Positions 17,626 to 26,320 of a DNA stretch of 32,000 bases are shown piece after piece (the first letter of the stretch is position 1; each line of letters opens with the position of its first letter). The stretch covers positions 1,528,516 to 1,560,515 of the forward strand of contig NZ_JAGIOS010000003.1 of NCBI RefSeq assembly GCF_017876815.1, read 5' to 3'. Below the pieces are notes generated by a model. That model was given only the letters and a program-made list of their open reading frames with translations, was not told where the DNA came from and made no database searches. The position numbers and the translations under genes were made by a program. The stretch comes from Sinorhizobium meliloti. Its GTDB lineage: Bacteria > Pseudomonadota > Alphaproteobacteria > Rhizobiales > Rhizobiaceae.

Positions 17626-18390
17626 TCAGAACGTTTGTGCGAGCTTGCGTGCCGCCGACTGAAGCACGGGCACGTAGCGCCTGGCGTCGTCGAGCGTCAT
17701 GCGTGCTTTCGGGGCGTGGCAGGCAAGCGACGCAACCACCCTTCCGTTCCTGTCGAAAACGGGAACCGCGATGGCTATCAGGCCCATCATGAACTCCTCC
17801 CGATCGGTGCTGTAGCCATCGCACAAAATCTCTGCGAACTCGGCCTCCAGCGCGTCGGCAGACATGATCGTTGCCGGCGTGAATCTTTCAAAGGTCAACG
17901 AGGCCAGCAGCTTCTGCCTTTGTTGTGCATCCATATGCGCAAGCAACAGCTTGCCGCTGGCGGTGCAGTGAAGCGGCACGCGCGAACCGGGCTCGAGATG
18001 TACTCGGAGCGGCCAGTCGGACTCGACGCGCGCCAGATATATCGCGTCGCAGCCGGAGCGCGTGACGAAATTGCATGTCTCACGCGTCACATCGACAACC
18101 TGCTTCAATATGGCGTGCCGCTGGGTTCCCACGCCCGAACCGACGATGGTCAGGCCCATTTTGAACAGGCGCGGGCCGACCGAATAGTGGCGCCTGTCAG
18201 GTTCGCGAAAGAGGAACCCTTCTTCCACCAGGCGCTGGCACAGCCTGTGAAGCGTGGCCCTCGGCATGTCTATTCTCTCCGCAAGATCGTTCAGCGTGAC
18301 CGGCTTTTCGGAGAGTCCGACGACCTCGATCAGGCTGAGGCTGCGCGTAACGGCCGAACTCGGCGTCTCGATTTTATCGTCCATCCTCAT
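17626..18390 (-). CDS. IclR family transcriptional regulator
   Basis: N-terminal wHTH (RSLSLIEVVGLSEKPVTLNDLAERIDMPRATLHRLCQRLVEEGFL) and a C-terminal IclR effector domain (...PLHCTASGKLLLAH..., ...GYSTDREEFMMGLIAIAVPV...). Divergent from the GMC-xsc operon. Confidence 0.9.
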   Translation of the reverse strand: MRMDDKIETPSSAVTRSLSLIEVVGLSEKPVTLNDLAERIDMPRATLHRLCQRLVEEGFLFREPDRRHYSVGPRLFKMGLTIVGSGVGTQRHAILKQVVDVTRETCNFVTRSGCDAIYLARVESDWPLRVHLEPGSRVPLHCTASGKLLLAHMDAQQRQKLLASLTFERFTPATIMSADALEAEFAEILCDGYSTDREEFMMGLIAIAVPVFDRNGRVVASLACHAPKARMTLDDARRYVPVLQSAARKLAQTF

Positions 18391-18405
18391 TCCTTTGTCT
18401 CACTC

Positions 18406-18465
18406 AATGAGATTCAATATGGCGGTAATCGCTATCATATAGCACATCTTACCACAAATCTCATT
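18406..18465. promoter_or_regulatory. Inverted repeat AATGAGATT (18406-18414) / AATCTCATT (18457-18465) in the iclR-GMC divergent promoter region; candidate operator
   Basis: Perfect 9-bp arms (10 of 11 when extended) lie 16 nt upstream of the IclR start. Assigning a function to them is inference. Confidence 0.3.
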
Positions 18466-18505
18466 CAGTAGGATCTTTCATCTCAGAAATATTGACACTT
18501 CGAAC

Positions 18506-18531
18506 CCCTTGTCTCTTTTGTGGGACAAGGG
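18506..18531 (+). promoter_or_regulatory. Hairpin CCCTTGTC/10-nt loop/GACAAGGG whose 3' arm runs into the Shine-Dalgarno (GGGAGGAG) of the GMC dehydrogenase gene
   Basis: An 8-bp perfect stem. The 3' arm ends at 18531, the SD spans ~18529-18536 and the GTG start is at 18543. Confidence 0.3.
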
Positions 18532-18542
18532 AGGAGCCGAAC

Positions 18543-20144
18543 GTGAACGAAGCGCAATTTGATTACATCGTGGTCGGTGCCGGCTCTTCGGGCTGCACCG
18601 TTGCCGCACGTCTCTCGGAAGACGGCAGGTTCCGTGTTGCTCTCGTCGAAGCGGGGCCGAAAGACACCAGCCCCTGGATTCACTTGCCGCTCGGTTACGG
18701 CAAGACGATGTGGGACGAGCGTATCAACTGGAAGCTTTACACCGAGCCCGATCCCAATATGAACGGCCGCCGCATCTACTGGCCGCGCGGCAAGGTTCTG
18801 GGGGGGTGCTCGGCGATTAATGGTCTGATTGCCATCCGTGGGCAGGCCGAGGACTATGACGACTGGGCGCGCTACGGTGGGGATCAGTGGAACTATCGCA
18901 ACGTCTTGCCCTATTTCCGAAAGTCCGAATCCTTCGCGGGTGCCGCAAACCCCGACTTCCACGGCAAGCACGGGCCGATCGGCGTCGCTCCGATCCGCCA
19001 CCGGCATCCGCTGATAGACGCATTCATCGGCTCGGCCAATCAGCTTGGCATCCCCTGCAACGATGATTTCAACGGTCCGTCGCAGGAAGGCGTGGGCTAT
19101 TACAGCCTGACGACTCGCAACGGAATGCGCAGCAGCGCGGCGACGGGTTATCTCCGCCCGGCAAAACGGCGGAGCAACCTTAGGATCGTTACCGATGCGC
19201 TGGTCACGAAAGTCCGCTTCGAGGGACGCCGCGCACAGGGCATCGACTACACCAGAGATGGTCGCAAGATGAGCATGAATGCGCGGCGTGGCGTCATCCT
19301 GAGCGCGGGCGCCGTGCATACACCGCACCTGATGATGCTGTCCGGCATCGGGCCGGCCGGGCATCTCAAGGCTCACGGCATCGACGTCGTCGCGGACATG
19401 CCTGGCGTTGGCGCGAATCTGCGCGATCACCTGCAGCTGCGGCTTATCTATCGCTGCAACAGGCCCATCACCACGAACGATGATCTGAACAGTCTGACCG
19501 GCAAGGTGAAAATCGGACTGCAATGGTTGCTGACGCGAACGGGTCCCCTTGCTGTCGGCATCAATCAGGGTGGGCTCTTCGCCAGGGTCATGCCCGATGC
19601 GACGCGACCCGACGTTCAATTCCATGTCGCCACTCTTTCCGCGGACATGGCCGGAGGAAAAGTCCATCCCTTCTCCGGCTTTACCATGTCGGTCTGCCAA
19701 CTTCGTCCGGAGAGCCACGGCACCATTCGGCTGGCCTCCGCGGACCCCACGATACCCCCGCTGATACATGCCAATTATCTCGACGCCGAACTCGATCGCC
19801 AAGTTGCGGTCGGCGGCATCAGGCTTGCCCGCAGCATCGCGCGCACAGGACCGCTGAGCCAGCTCGTGACCCGTGAAGAGCTGCCCGGTGAGTCCGTCGA
19901 CAGCAAGGAAGGAATTCTCGATTTCGCGCGCCAGAACGGCGCGACGATCTTCCATCCGACGAGCACATGTCGAATGGGCCAGGACGACGATGAGGGCGCA
20001 GTGGTCCGCCCGGACCTGAGGGTGAGAGGGTTCGACGGCCTTTGGATCGCGGACTGTTCGGTGATGCCCACCATCGTGTCGGGAAACACCAACCTGCCGG
20101 CAATCATGATCGGAGAAAAATTGTCGAGCTCAATTCTGAACTGA
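18543..20144 (+). CDS. GMC family FAD-dependent dehydrogenase; candidate isethionate dehydrogenase (IseJ-like), judged from operon context
   Basis: FDYIVVGAGSSGCTVAARL, GKVLGGCSAINGLIAIRG, FHPTSTCRMG and DCSVMPTIVSGN. The GTG at 18543 follows GGGAGGAG. The TTG start at 18492 in the ORF track is unlikely. This is the first gene of the operon ending in xsc-tauZ-pta. Confidence 0.88.
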   Translation: MNEAQFDYIVVGAGSSGCTVAARLSEDGRFRVALVEAGPKDTSPWIHLPLGYGKTMWDERINWKLYTEPDPNMNGRRIYWPRGKVLGGCSAINGLIAIRGQAEDYDDWARYGGDQWNYRNVLPYFRKSESFAGAANPDFHGKHGPIGVAPIRHRHPLIDAFIGSANQLGIPCNDDFNGPSQEGVGYYSLTTRNGMRSSAATGYLRPAKRRSNLRIVTDALVTKVRFEGRRAQGIDYTRDGRKMSMNARRGVILSAGAVHTPHLMMLSGIGPAGHLKAHGIDVVADMPGVGANLRDHLQLRLIYRCNRPITTNDDLNSLTGKVKIGLQWLLTRTGPLAVGINQGGLFARVMPDATRPDVQFHVATLSADMAGGKVHPFSGFTMSVCQLRPESHGTIRLASADPTIPPLIHANYLDAELDRQVAVGGIRLARSIARTGPLSQLVTREELPGESVDSKEGILDFARQNGATIFHPTSTCRMGQDDDEGAVVRPDLRVRGFDGLWIADCSVMPTIVSGNTNLPAIMIGEKLSSSILN

Positions 20145-20166
20145 ATTCCAACATTGGGAGGAGACC

Positions 20167-21504
20167 ATGTTGAATACCGCTGGGAGCACCAGAGAGAGTG
20201 AAGTGAGGCGTGTCGTTTTCGCGTCTCTGATAGGCGCAACGATCGAATGGTATGACTTCTTCTTGTACGGCGTGATTGCCGGCATCGTTTTCAATCAGCT
20301 GTATTTCCCGGCGCACGATCCGCTCGTTTCGATGGTGCTGGCCTATGCAACCTTTGCGGTAGGCTTCGTCGCCCGTCCGCTCGGCGGCATCGTATTCGGA
20401 CATTTCGGGGACAAACTCGGCCGCAAGCAGATGCTCGTGCTCACCATTCTGATCATGGGGGTGGCGACCGTACTGATCGGCGTTCTGCCGACCTATGAAC
20501 AGATTGGCGTGGCAGCTCCCATACTGCTGCTCATCCTGCGCATAGCACAAGGTATCGGCATCGGCGGCGAATGGGGCGGCGCAGTCCTCATGGCCTATGA
20601 ATTCGCACCTGAGAACAAGCGCGGCTACTATGCGTCGATCCCACAGATCGGCCTTGCGATCGGATTGTGCCTGTCGTCCGGTGTGGTGGCACTCCTCAGT
20701 CTTCTACCCGACGAAGCTTTCATGTCCTGGGGTTGGCGCAGTGCTTTCATCGGTTCGGTCGTCCTTATCGTCGTAGGCCTTTACATCCGGCTGAAGGTAG
20801 CTGAAACACCGGATTTCGCCGCCGTCAAGGAAGAGCAGCAGGAGCTCAAGATCCCGTTCGTGGAGCTCATCCGCACCTATCCCCGCAATATTCTGCTTGG
20901 CATGGGTGCCCGCTATGTCGATGGGGTTTTCTTCAACGTATTCGCCGTCTTCTCGATCGTCTATCTGTCCAAGCATGTGCAGGTAGACCGCACCACGGCA
21001 TTGTGGCTCGTGTGCCTTTCTGCACTCGTGATGGTCGTGGCAATTCCGCTGTTCGGCAAGTTGTCCGATCGTTGGGGCCGTCCGAAAACCTATGCCATAG
21101 GCAGTCTGCTGCTGGCGTTGGTCACCTTCCCGGCCTTCATGCTCATGGGAAGCGGGAGCCTGCCGTTGATCGCACTCGCTCTGATCGTGCCGTTCGGCAT
21201 CATCTACGCGATGTGCTACGGCCCCGAAGCAGCACTGTTCTCCGACCTGTTCGACGTGAAGGTCCGCTATACCGGGATTTCCTTCGTCTATCAGTTCTCC
21301 GGCATCTTCGCGAGCGGCATCACTCCAATAATCGCGACCTACCTCATCAGCTATGGCGACGGCTCGCCCTGGCTGCTAGCCGCCTACGTAGTGTTTGCGG
21401 CTCTTGTTTCGATGGTTTCGGCGATGCTCATACGCCCGGTTTCGGAAACGCGTACCACCCTGCCGCATAAGCCGTTGCGCCCATCAACCGTTCACAAATG
21501 CTAA
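20167..21504 (+). CDS. MFS transporter, metabolite:H+ symporter (MHS) family
   Basis: 445 aa and roughly 12 TM segments. The N-terminal ...ASLIGATIEWYDFFLYG... and GHFGDKLGRK motifs are typical of ProP/KgtP/ShiA-type symporters. GGGAGGAG lies upstream. Confidence 0.9.
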   Translation: MLNTAGSTRESEVRRVVFASLIGATIEWYDFFLYGVIAGIVFNQLYFPAHDPLVSMVLAYATFAVGFVARPLGGIVFGHFGDKLGRKQMLVLTILIMGVATVLIGVLPTYEQIGVAAPILLLILRIAQGIGIGGEWGGAVLMAYEFAPENKRGYYASIPQIGLAIGLCLSSGVVALLSLLPDEAFMSWGWRSAFIGSVVLIVVGLYIRLKVAETPDFAAVKEEQQELKIPFVELIRTYPRNILLGMGARYVDGVFFNVFAVFSIVYLSKHVQVDRTTALWLVCLSALVMVVAIPLFGKLSDRWGRPKTYAIGSLLLALVTFPAFMLMGSGSLPLIALALIVPFGIIYAMCYGPEAALFSDLFDVKVRYTGISFVYQFSGIFASGITPIIATYLISYGDGSPWLLAAYVVFAALVSMVSAMLIRPVSETRTTLPHKPLRPSTVHKC

Positions 21505-21515
21505 AGGAAACAGAC

Positions 21516-23291
21516 ATGAAAATGACGACCGAAGAGGCGTTTGTAAAAGTCCTGCAGATGCACGGCATCGAGCATGCGTTCGGGATCATCGGCTCGGCGA
21601 TGATGCCCGTATCGGACTTGTTTCCGAAGGCGGGCATCCGGTTCTGGGACTGTGCCCACGAGACCAATGCCGGCATGATGGCCGACGGCTTCAGCCGGGC
21701 GACCGGCACAATGTCGATGGCGATCGGCCAGAACGGCCCCGGTGTGACCGGTTTCATCACGGCGATGAAGACGGCCTACTGGAACCATACGCCGCTGCTC
21801 ATGGTCACGCCGCAGGCGGCCAACAAGACCATCGGCCAGGGCGGCTTCCAGGAAGTCGACCAGATGGCGATGTTCGAGGAGATGGTCTGCTACCAGGAGG
21901 AAGTGCGCGATCCGAGCCGCATTCCCGAAGTCCTCAACCGGGTCATCGAGAAGGCATGGCGCGGTTGCGCACCGGCGCAGATCAACATCCCGCGGGACTT
22001 CTGGACTCAGGTGATCGACGTGGACCTGCCGCGCATCGTCCGCTTCGAGCGGCCGGCCGGCGGACCTGCGGCCATCGCCCAAGCCGCGCGGCTACTTTCG
22101 GAAGCGAAGTTCCCGGTCATTCTCAACGGCGCCGGTGTCGTCATCGGCAACGCCATCCAGGAATCCATGGCACTGGCGGAGAAGCTGGATGCGCCGGTGT
22201 GCTGCGGCTATCAGCACAACGACGCCTTTCCCGGAAGCCATAGGCTGTCGGTCGGGCCCTTGGGCTACAACGGCTCGAAGGCGGCGATGGAACTGATCAG
22301 CAAGGCAGACGTCGTGCTGGCGTTGGGTACGCGGCTCAATCCGTTCTCGACACTGCCCGGCTATGGCATCGACTATTGGCCGAAGGATGCGGCGATCATC
22401 CAGGTCGACATCAATGCCGACCGGATCGGCCTGACCAAGAAGGTGACGGTCGGAATTTGCGGTGACGCGAAACAGGTGGCGCAGCAGATCCTTCAGCAGC
22501 TTGCGCCCGCCGCCGGCGACGCAAGCCGCGAGGAGCGCAAGGCGCTGGTCCACCAGACGCGCTCGGCCTGGCTGCAGCAGCTCTCGTCGATGGACCATGA
22601 GGATGACGATCCGGGCACGGAGTGGAACGTCGGCGCACGCCAGCGCGAGCCCGATCGCATGTCGCCTCGCCAGGTCTGGCGGGCGATCCAGGCCGTGCTT
22701 CCGAAGGAGGCGATCATCTCCACCGACATCGGCAACAACTGCGCGATCGGCAACGCCTATCCGAGCTTCGAGCAGGGCAGGAAATATCTGGCGCCGGGCA
22801 TGTTCGGCCCCTGCGGCTACGGTTTCCCGTCGATCGTCGGTGCCAAGATCGGCTGCCCGGACGTGCCGGTGGTCGGCTTTGCCGGCGACGGCGCCTTCGG
22901 CATCTCGATGAACGAGATGACGTCGATCGGCCGCGAGGGCTGGCCGGCGATCACCATGGTGATCTTCCGCAACTACCAGTGGGGAGCGGAGAAGCGGAAT
23001 ACGACGCTCTGGTACGACAACAACTTCGTCGGCACCGAGCTCAATCCGAACCTGAGCTACGCCAAGGTTGCAGATGGCTGCGGCCTCAAGGGCGTGACGG
23101 TCGACACGCCGGCCGCACTCACCGAGGCGCTTGCAAAGGCGATCGAGGACCAGGCCAAGGGGATCACCACCTTTGTCGAGGTCGTCCTCAACCAGGAACT
23201 CGGCGAGCCTTTCCGCCGCGATGCGATGAAGAAGCCGGTAGCGGTGGCCGGCATCGATCGCGCCGACATGCGCACCCAGCGACGTATGTAA
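21516..23291 (+). CDS. xsc: Sulfoacetaldehyde acetyltransferase (ThDP-dependent, EC 2.3.3.15)
   Basis: 591 aa. The N-terminus MKMTTEEAFVKVLQMHGIEHAFGIIGSAMMP...WDCAHETNAGMMADGF...GQNGPG...TPQAANKTIGQGGFQEVDQM matches Xsc as I remember it. ThDP-binding motif GFAGDGAFGISMNE. Followed by tauZ and pta. Confidence 0.9.
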   Translation: MKMTTEEAFVKVLQMHGIEHAFGIIGSAMMPVSDLFPKAGIRFWDCAHETNAGMMADGFSRATGTMSMAIGQNGPGVTGFITAMKTAYWNHTPLLMVTPQAANKTIGQGGFQEVDQMAMFEEMVCYQEEVRDPSRIPEVLNRVIEKAWRGCAPAQINIPRDFWTQVIDVDLPRIVRFERPAGGPAAIAQAARLLSEAKFPVILNGAGVVIGNAIQESMALAEKLDAPVCCGYQHNDAFPGSHRLSVGPLGYNGSKAAMELISKADVVLALGTRLNPFSTLPGYGIDYWPKDAAIIQVDINADRIGLTKKVTVGICGDAKQVAQQILQQLAPAAGDASREERKALVHQTRSAWLQQLSSMDHEDDDPGTEWNVGARQREPDRMSPRQVWRAIQAVLPKEAIISTDIGNNCAIGNAYPSFEQGRKYLAPGMFGPCGYGFPSIVGAKIGCPDVPVVGFAGDGAFGISMNEMTSIGREGWPAITMVIFRNYQWGAEKRNTTLWYDNNFVGTELNPNLSYAKVADGCGLKGVTVDTPAALTEALAKAIEDQAKGITTFVEVVLNQELGEPFRRDAMKKPVAVAGIDRADMRTQRRM

Positions 23292-23351
23292 GAAACTCTC
23301 GCGACTCGCTCGGCGGTGATCACCGCCGAGCTCATTCAACGGGAAGAAAAG

Positions 23352-24389
23352 ATGGACGCGATCTCCAAAACCGAGCGACGGAAGCAATCCCTGTCGGTCG
23401 TCCTGTCGACCTATGGACCGGGTCTGCTGGTGACGGCCGCCGTCGCCATGGCTGCCCAGTTCCTGTCGGAGCATTACGGGGCGCCGGCGATGCTGATGGC
23501 GCTGCTGCTGGGGATCGCCTTCCACTTCCTGGCGGAAGAAGGCCGTTGCGTCGCGGGCATCGAGCTTTCGGCAAAGCTGGTCTTGAGGATCGGTGTGGCG
23601 CTGCTCGGCATGCGCATCAGCGTAGACCTTCTGATCGGCCTCGGCGGCGGCACCATTCTGCTGCTCGTCTCGGCGATCGTGGCAACCATCCTGTTCGGCC
23701 TCGTGGCTGCCCGCCTGCTTGGCCGGGGGTGGCGTCTCGCGCTTCTCACCAGCGGCGCGGTCGCCATTTGCGGCGCCTCGGCCGCCATGGCCATCGCCGC
23801 CGTGCTGCCCCGCAACGAGTTTTCCGAGCGCAATCTGATCTTCACCGTGCTGTCGGTGACCGTGCTCAGCACGCTTGCGATGATCGGTTATCCGATCGTC
23901 GCCGAGTATCTCGGGCTCGACGGTCAGGCCACCGGCATCTTTTTCGGCGGCACGATCCATGATGTCGCCCAGGTGGTGGGAGCCGGCTTTTCGGTCTCGC
24001 CGGAGGCGGGCGAGACCGCGACGCTCGTCAAGCTGATCCGGGTGACGATGCTGGCGCCGGTCGTCCTGATCTTTTCCCTCGTCCTGCGCAGCGTTCCGCA
24101 GGAGGGCGCATCGATCGGAAAGCGCGCGCCGCTCGTGCCGGGCTTCGTCCTGGCGTTCCTCGTTCTCGCGGGCTTCAATTCCGCCGGGCTGGTGCCGGTG
24201 CTCGCAAGCGAGGTCGGAATGGCGATATCGAGATGGGCGCTGCTGGCGGGCATCGTCGCCGTCGGCATGAAGACGTCGCTGCGCCGCGTCCTCGAAGTTG
24301 GCGGAGATGCCGTTGCGCTCGTCGTGGCCGAAACGCTGTTCATCGCCGTCTTCATCCTCGCCGGCATGTACTATCTGGGACACAGCTGA
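23352..24389 (+). CDS. tauZ: Putative sulfate/sulfite exporter family transporter (YeiH/UPF0324; TauZ)
   Basis: 345 aa, polytopic and very hydrophobic (...LVLRIGVALLGMRIS..., ...AICGASAAMAIAAV..., ...GGTIHDVAQVVGAG...). It occupies the canonical position between xsc and pta. Confidence 0.8.
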   Translation: MDAISKTERRKQSLSVVLSTYGPGLLVTAAVAMAAQFLSEHYGAPAMLMALLLGIAFHFLAEEGRCVAGIELSAKLVLRIGVALLGMRISVDLLIGLGGGTILLLVSAIVATILFGLVAARLLGRGWRLALLTSGAVAICGASAAMAIAAVLPRNEFSERNLIFTVLSVTVLSTLAMIGYPIVAEYLGLDGQATGIFFGGTIHDVAQVVGAGFSVSPEAGETATLVKLIRVTMLAPVVLIFSLVLRSVPQEGASIGKRAPLVPGFVLAFLVLAGFNSAGLVPVLASEVGMAISRWALLAGIVAVGMKTSLRRVLEVGGDAVALVVAETLFIAVFILAGMYYLGHS

Positions 24390-25381
24390 TGAAACCTCTC
24401 GATCGCATCATCGACGCCGCAAGGAAAGCGCCGCGGCACATCGTCCTTCCCGAAGGCGAGGACCCCCGGATCATCGCCGGCGCCGTGCAGGCGAGGCGGG
24501 AAGGCCTGGCGGCGATTACGCTGGTCGGAAACCGCGAGGTGATCACGCAGAGGCTCACAGCCCTGGACGCGATCCCGCAAGAATTCCGGATCGAGGACCC
24601 GGCGTGCTCTCCGCTTACCGATGACTTTGCGACCGCCTATCTCGAACGCAGAAGGAGCAAAGGCGTCGATGCGGCCGCGGCTCGGGAGGCCGTCCTTTCA
24701 CCGCTGACCTTCGCCGCGATGATGGTGCGCGAAGGAATAGCCGATGGGACTGTCGGCGGCGCGGTCGCGACGACCGCAGACACGGTTCGTGCCGCATTGC
24801 AGGTGATCGGCAGGGCGCCCGGCGTCGGGCTCGTCTCCAGTTTCTTCCTCATGATGCTCTGCGAGCCCCATCACGCGCGGAAGGGCGCCTTCGTCTTTGC
24901 GGATTGCGGCCTGGTCGTGGACCCGGACGCAGCCGGTCTCGCCGACATCGCGCGCATGTCGGCCAAGTCCTATGAAATGCTTGCAGGAGAACGGGCGAAA
25001 GTCGCGATGCTCTCTTTCTCGACAGGCGGCAGTGCCGCTCACGAGCGCGTTTCGAAGGTCGTCGAGGCGACCGGCATGGCGCGGCGCGCCGAGCCCGATC
25101 TTATTATCGACGGCGAATTGCAGTTCGACAGCGCCTTCGTCGAGGCCGTCTGTCTGACCAAGGCGCCGCATTCGGCGCTGCGCGGGGAGGCCAATGTCTT
25201 CGTGTTCCCGAACCTGGACGCGGCCAATATCGGCTACAAGATCGCCCAGCGGATCGGCGGCGCGACGGCAATCGGCCCGATCCTCCAGGGACTTTCACGG
25301 CCCGCCAACGATCTTTCGCGCGGCTGCAGTGCGGCCGACGTCTTCCATATGATTGCCGTGACCGTCGTTCAGGCGTCATGA
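24389..25381 (+). CDS. pta: Phosphate acetyltransferase (short PTA_PTB-domain form)
   Basis: 330 aa with HIVLPEGEDPRII, GTVGGAVATTADTVRAAL, VFADCGLV, IDGELQFDSAF, VFVFPNLDAANIGYKIAQR and LSRGCS. The ATG overlaps the tauZ stop (TGATG). Confidence 0.92.
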   Translation: MKPLDRIIDAARKAPRHIVLPEGEDPRIIAGAVQARREGLAAITLVGNREVITQRLTALDAIPQEFRIEDPACSPLTDDFATAYLERRRSKGVDAAAAREAVLSPLTFAAMMVREGIADGTVGGAVATTADTVRAALQVIGRAPGVGLVSSFFLMMLCEPHHARKGAFVFADCGLVVDPDAAGLADIARMSAKSYEMLAGERAKVAMLSFSTGGSAAHERVSKVVEATGMARRAEPDLIIDGELQFDSAFVEAVCLTKAPHSALRGEANVFVFPNLDAANIGYKIAQRIGGATAIGPILQGLSRPANDLSRGCSAADVFHMIAVTVVQAS

Positions 25382-25506
25382 GGGCGACTTCACCGACTCT
25401 TGCCGACCCGAAAAACGCGGCTGTAGCTTGGCAGATAGATGTGACAATCCGGCTATTTCAGCCCAGTTTGGCATTTTAAAGATGAGAATTTTGAGCGACG
25501 GGATTC

Positions 25507-25902
25507 TCAAATCAACTGCAATTGCGAAGGCGCCACCGATCGGCATGTACGGGTGATGATCTCGTCGATAGTGCTGCTGGATCGCACTTGGTTCTGACCC
25601 GTCATTTGGCCGCGCAGCATTTGTAGCATCTCCGGTCCTGGCCGCTCGACGATGGCTATTCCGGCTAGCAGAGCTGGTCGCAGATGCAGTGGCAGGATCG
25701 GACTTGCCGGTGTCGGCAGGCTCCATCGTTCGACGACATCATCGAGATCCGGAATTATTGCGCCGAGGAGCCTGTATCGCCACGGCTCGTGCTCACGGGG
25801 AAGGGGTCTCGGCACGCGTCGCATCAGCAGAAGGCGCGCGATTACGGGCGGCGAAGTCCAGGTGCGGATCACCTCGGGGAGCCCATCGGGGTTCGAAAGC
25901 AA
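25507..25902 (-). CDS. Hypothetical ORF, possibly a frameshifted pseudogene
   Basis: 131-aa ORF rich in Arg/Pro, with moderate third-position GC. An ATG at 25932-25930, preceded by GGAAGGAA, opens a different frame and stops after ~48 codons. A shift just after that ATG would join it to this ORF. No family recognised. Confidence 0.2.
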   Translation of the reverse strand: MLSNPDGLPEVIRTWTSPPVIARLLLMRRVPRPLPREHEPWRYRLLGAIIPDLDDVVERWSLPTPASPILPLHLRPALLAGIAIVERPGPEMLQMLRGQMTGQNQVRSSSTIDEIITRTCRSVAPSQLQLI

Positions 25903-26042
25903 AATGTCTTTGACGGCGGCGCTGGCTGGTCATGGTGGCGTTCCTTCCAGGGAATCAGGTGACGTTCAACAGCACCAGCCTGCCATACCGCCTCTCTCAG
26001 TGAATTTGCCGAACCTTCGGCACACTATCCACCAGGTGCTAA

Positions 26043-26222
26043 GTGGACACTATGGCGGTATCTGAAAGGCAGATCCTGATGACGAGTAAGAAGCCCATCA
26101 TCGAGGTCGCGCTCGATGATGGGTTCGTCAACACGTGGCATTTTACAAAGGAGTTCAGGCGGGCCTACGGGCGAACTCCGGCGGAAGTCAGAGATTCAGC
26201 CGCGAGCGAGCGAAAGGTATAG
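26043..26222 (+). pseudogene. AraC family transcriptional regulator remnant (only the last ~50 residues of the C-terminal HTH)
   Basis: ...KKPIIEVALDDGFVNTWHFTKEFRRAYGRTPAEVR... matches the second AraC HTH (IA...GF.....F.+.F++.+G.+P...R). There is no N-terminal domain or first HTH upstream. An in-frame stop lies at 26040-26042. Confidence 0.6.
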
Positions 26223-26320
26223 ACCATCCAAGGAGTGTACATCGACGCGATCCGGATTCGCTTGAGTCAGCGTAGAGCGACCGTCGAACGCAATTCATTG
26301 ATAAGGCTTCGCCCCGTGTT

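Noticed and set aside
18492-18520. TTGACA hexamer considered as a -35 element, and the TTG at 18492 proposed by the ORF track as the start of the GMC gene.
   Set aside because: No convincing -10 element lies at 16-18 nt spacing. The N-terminal extension (MTLRTPCLFCGTREEPN) has no homology, while the GTG at 18543 has a strong SD. The hexamer is kept only as a remark.
22092-24383. Very long ORFs that are antisense to, or out of frame with, the called genes. Examples: 763 aa at 22092-24383(-), 612 aa at 10288-12126(-), 490 aa at 18483-19955(-), 446 aa at 22622-23962(+), 340 aa at 17449-18471(+), plus 110-955(-), 6323-7321(-), 15116-16081(-) and 12642-13508(-).
   Set aside because: They are extremely rich in Arg/Pro/Gly/Ala/His and contain no recognisable motifs. 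Each fully overlaps a gene on the other strand or frame that has clear family signatures. This is the classic stop-codon-poor shadow ORF of high-GC DNA.
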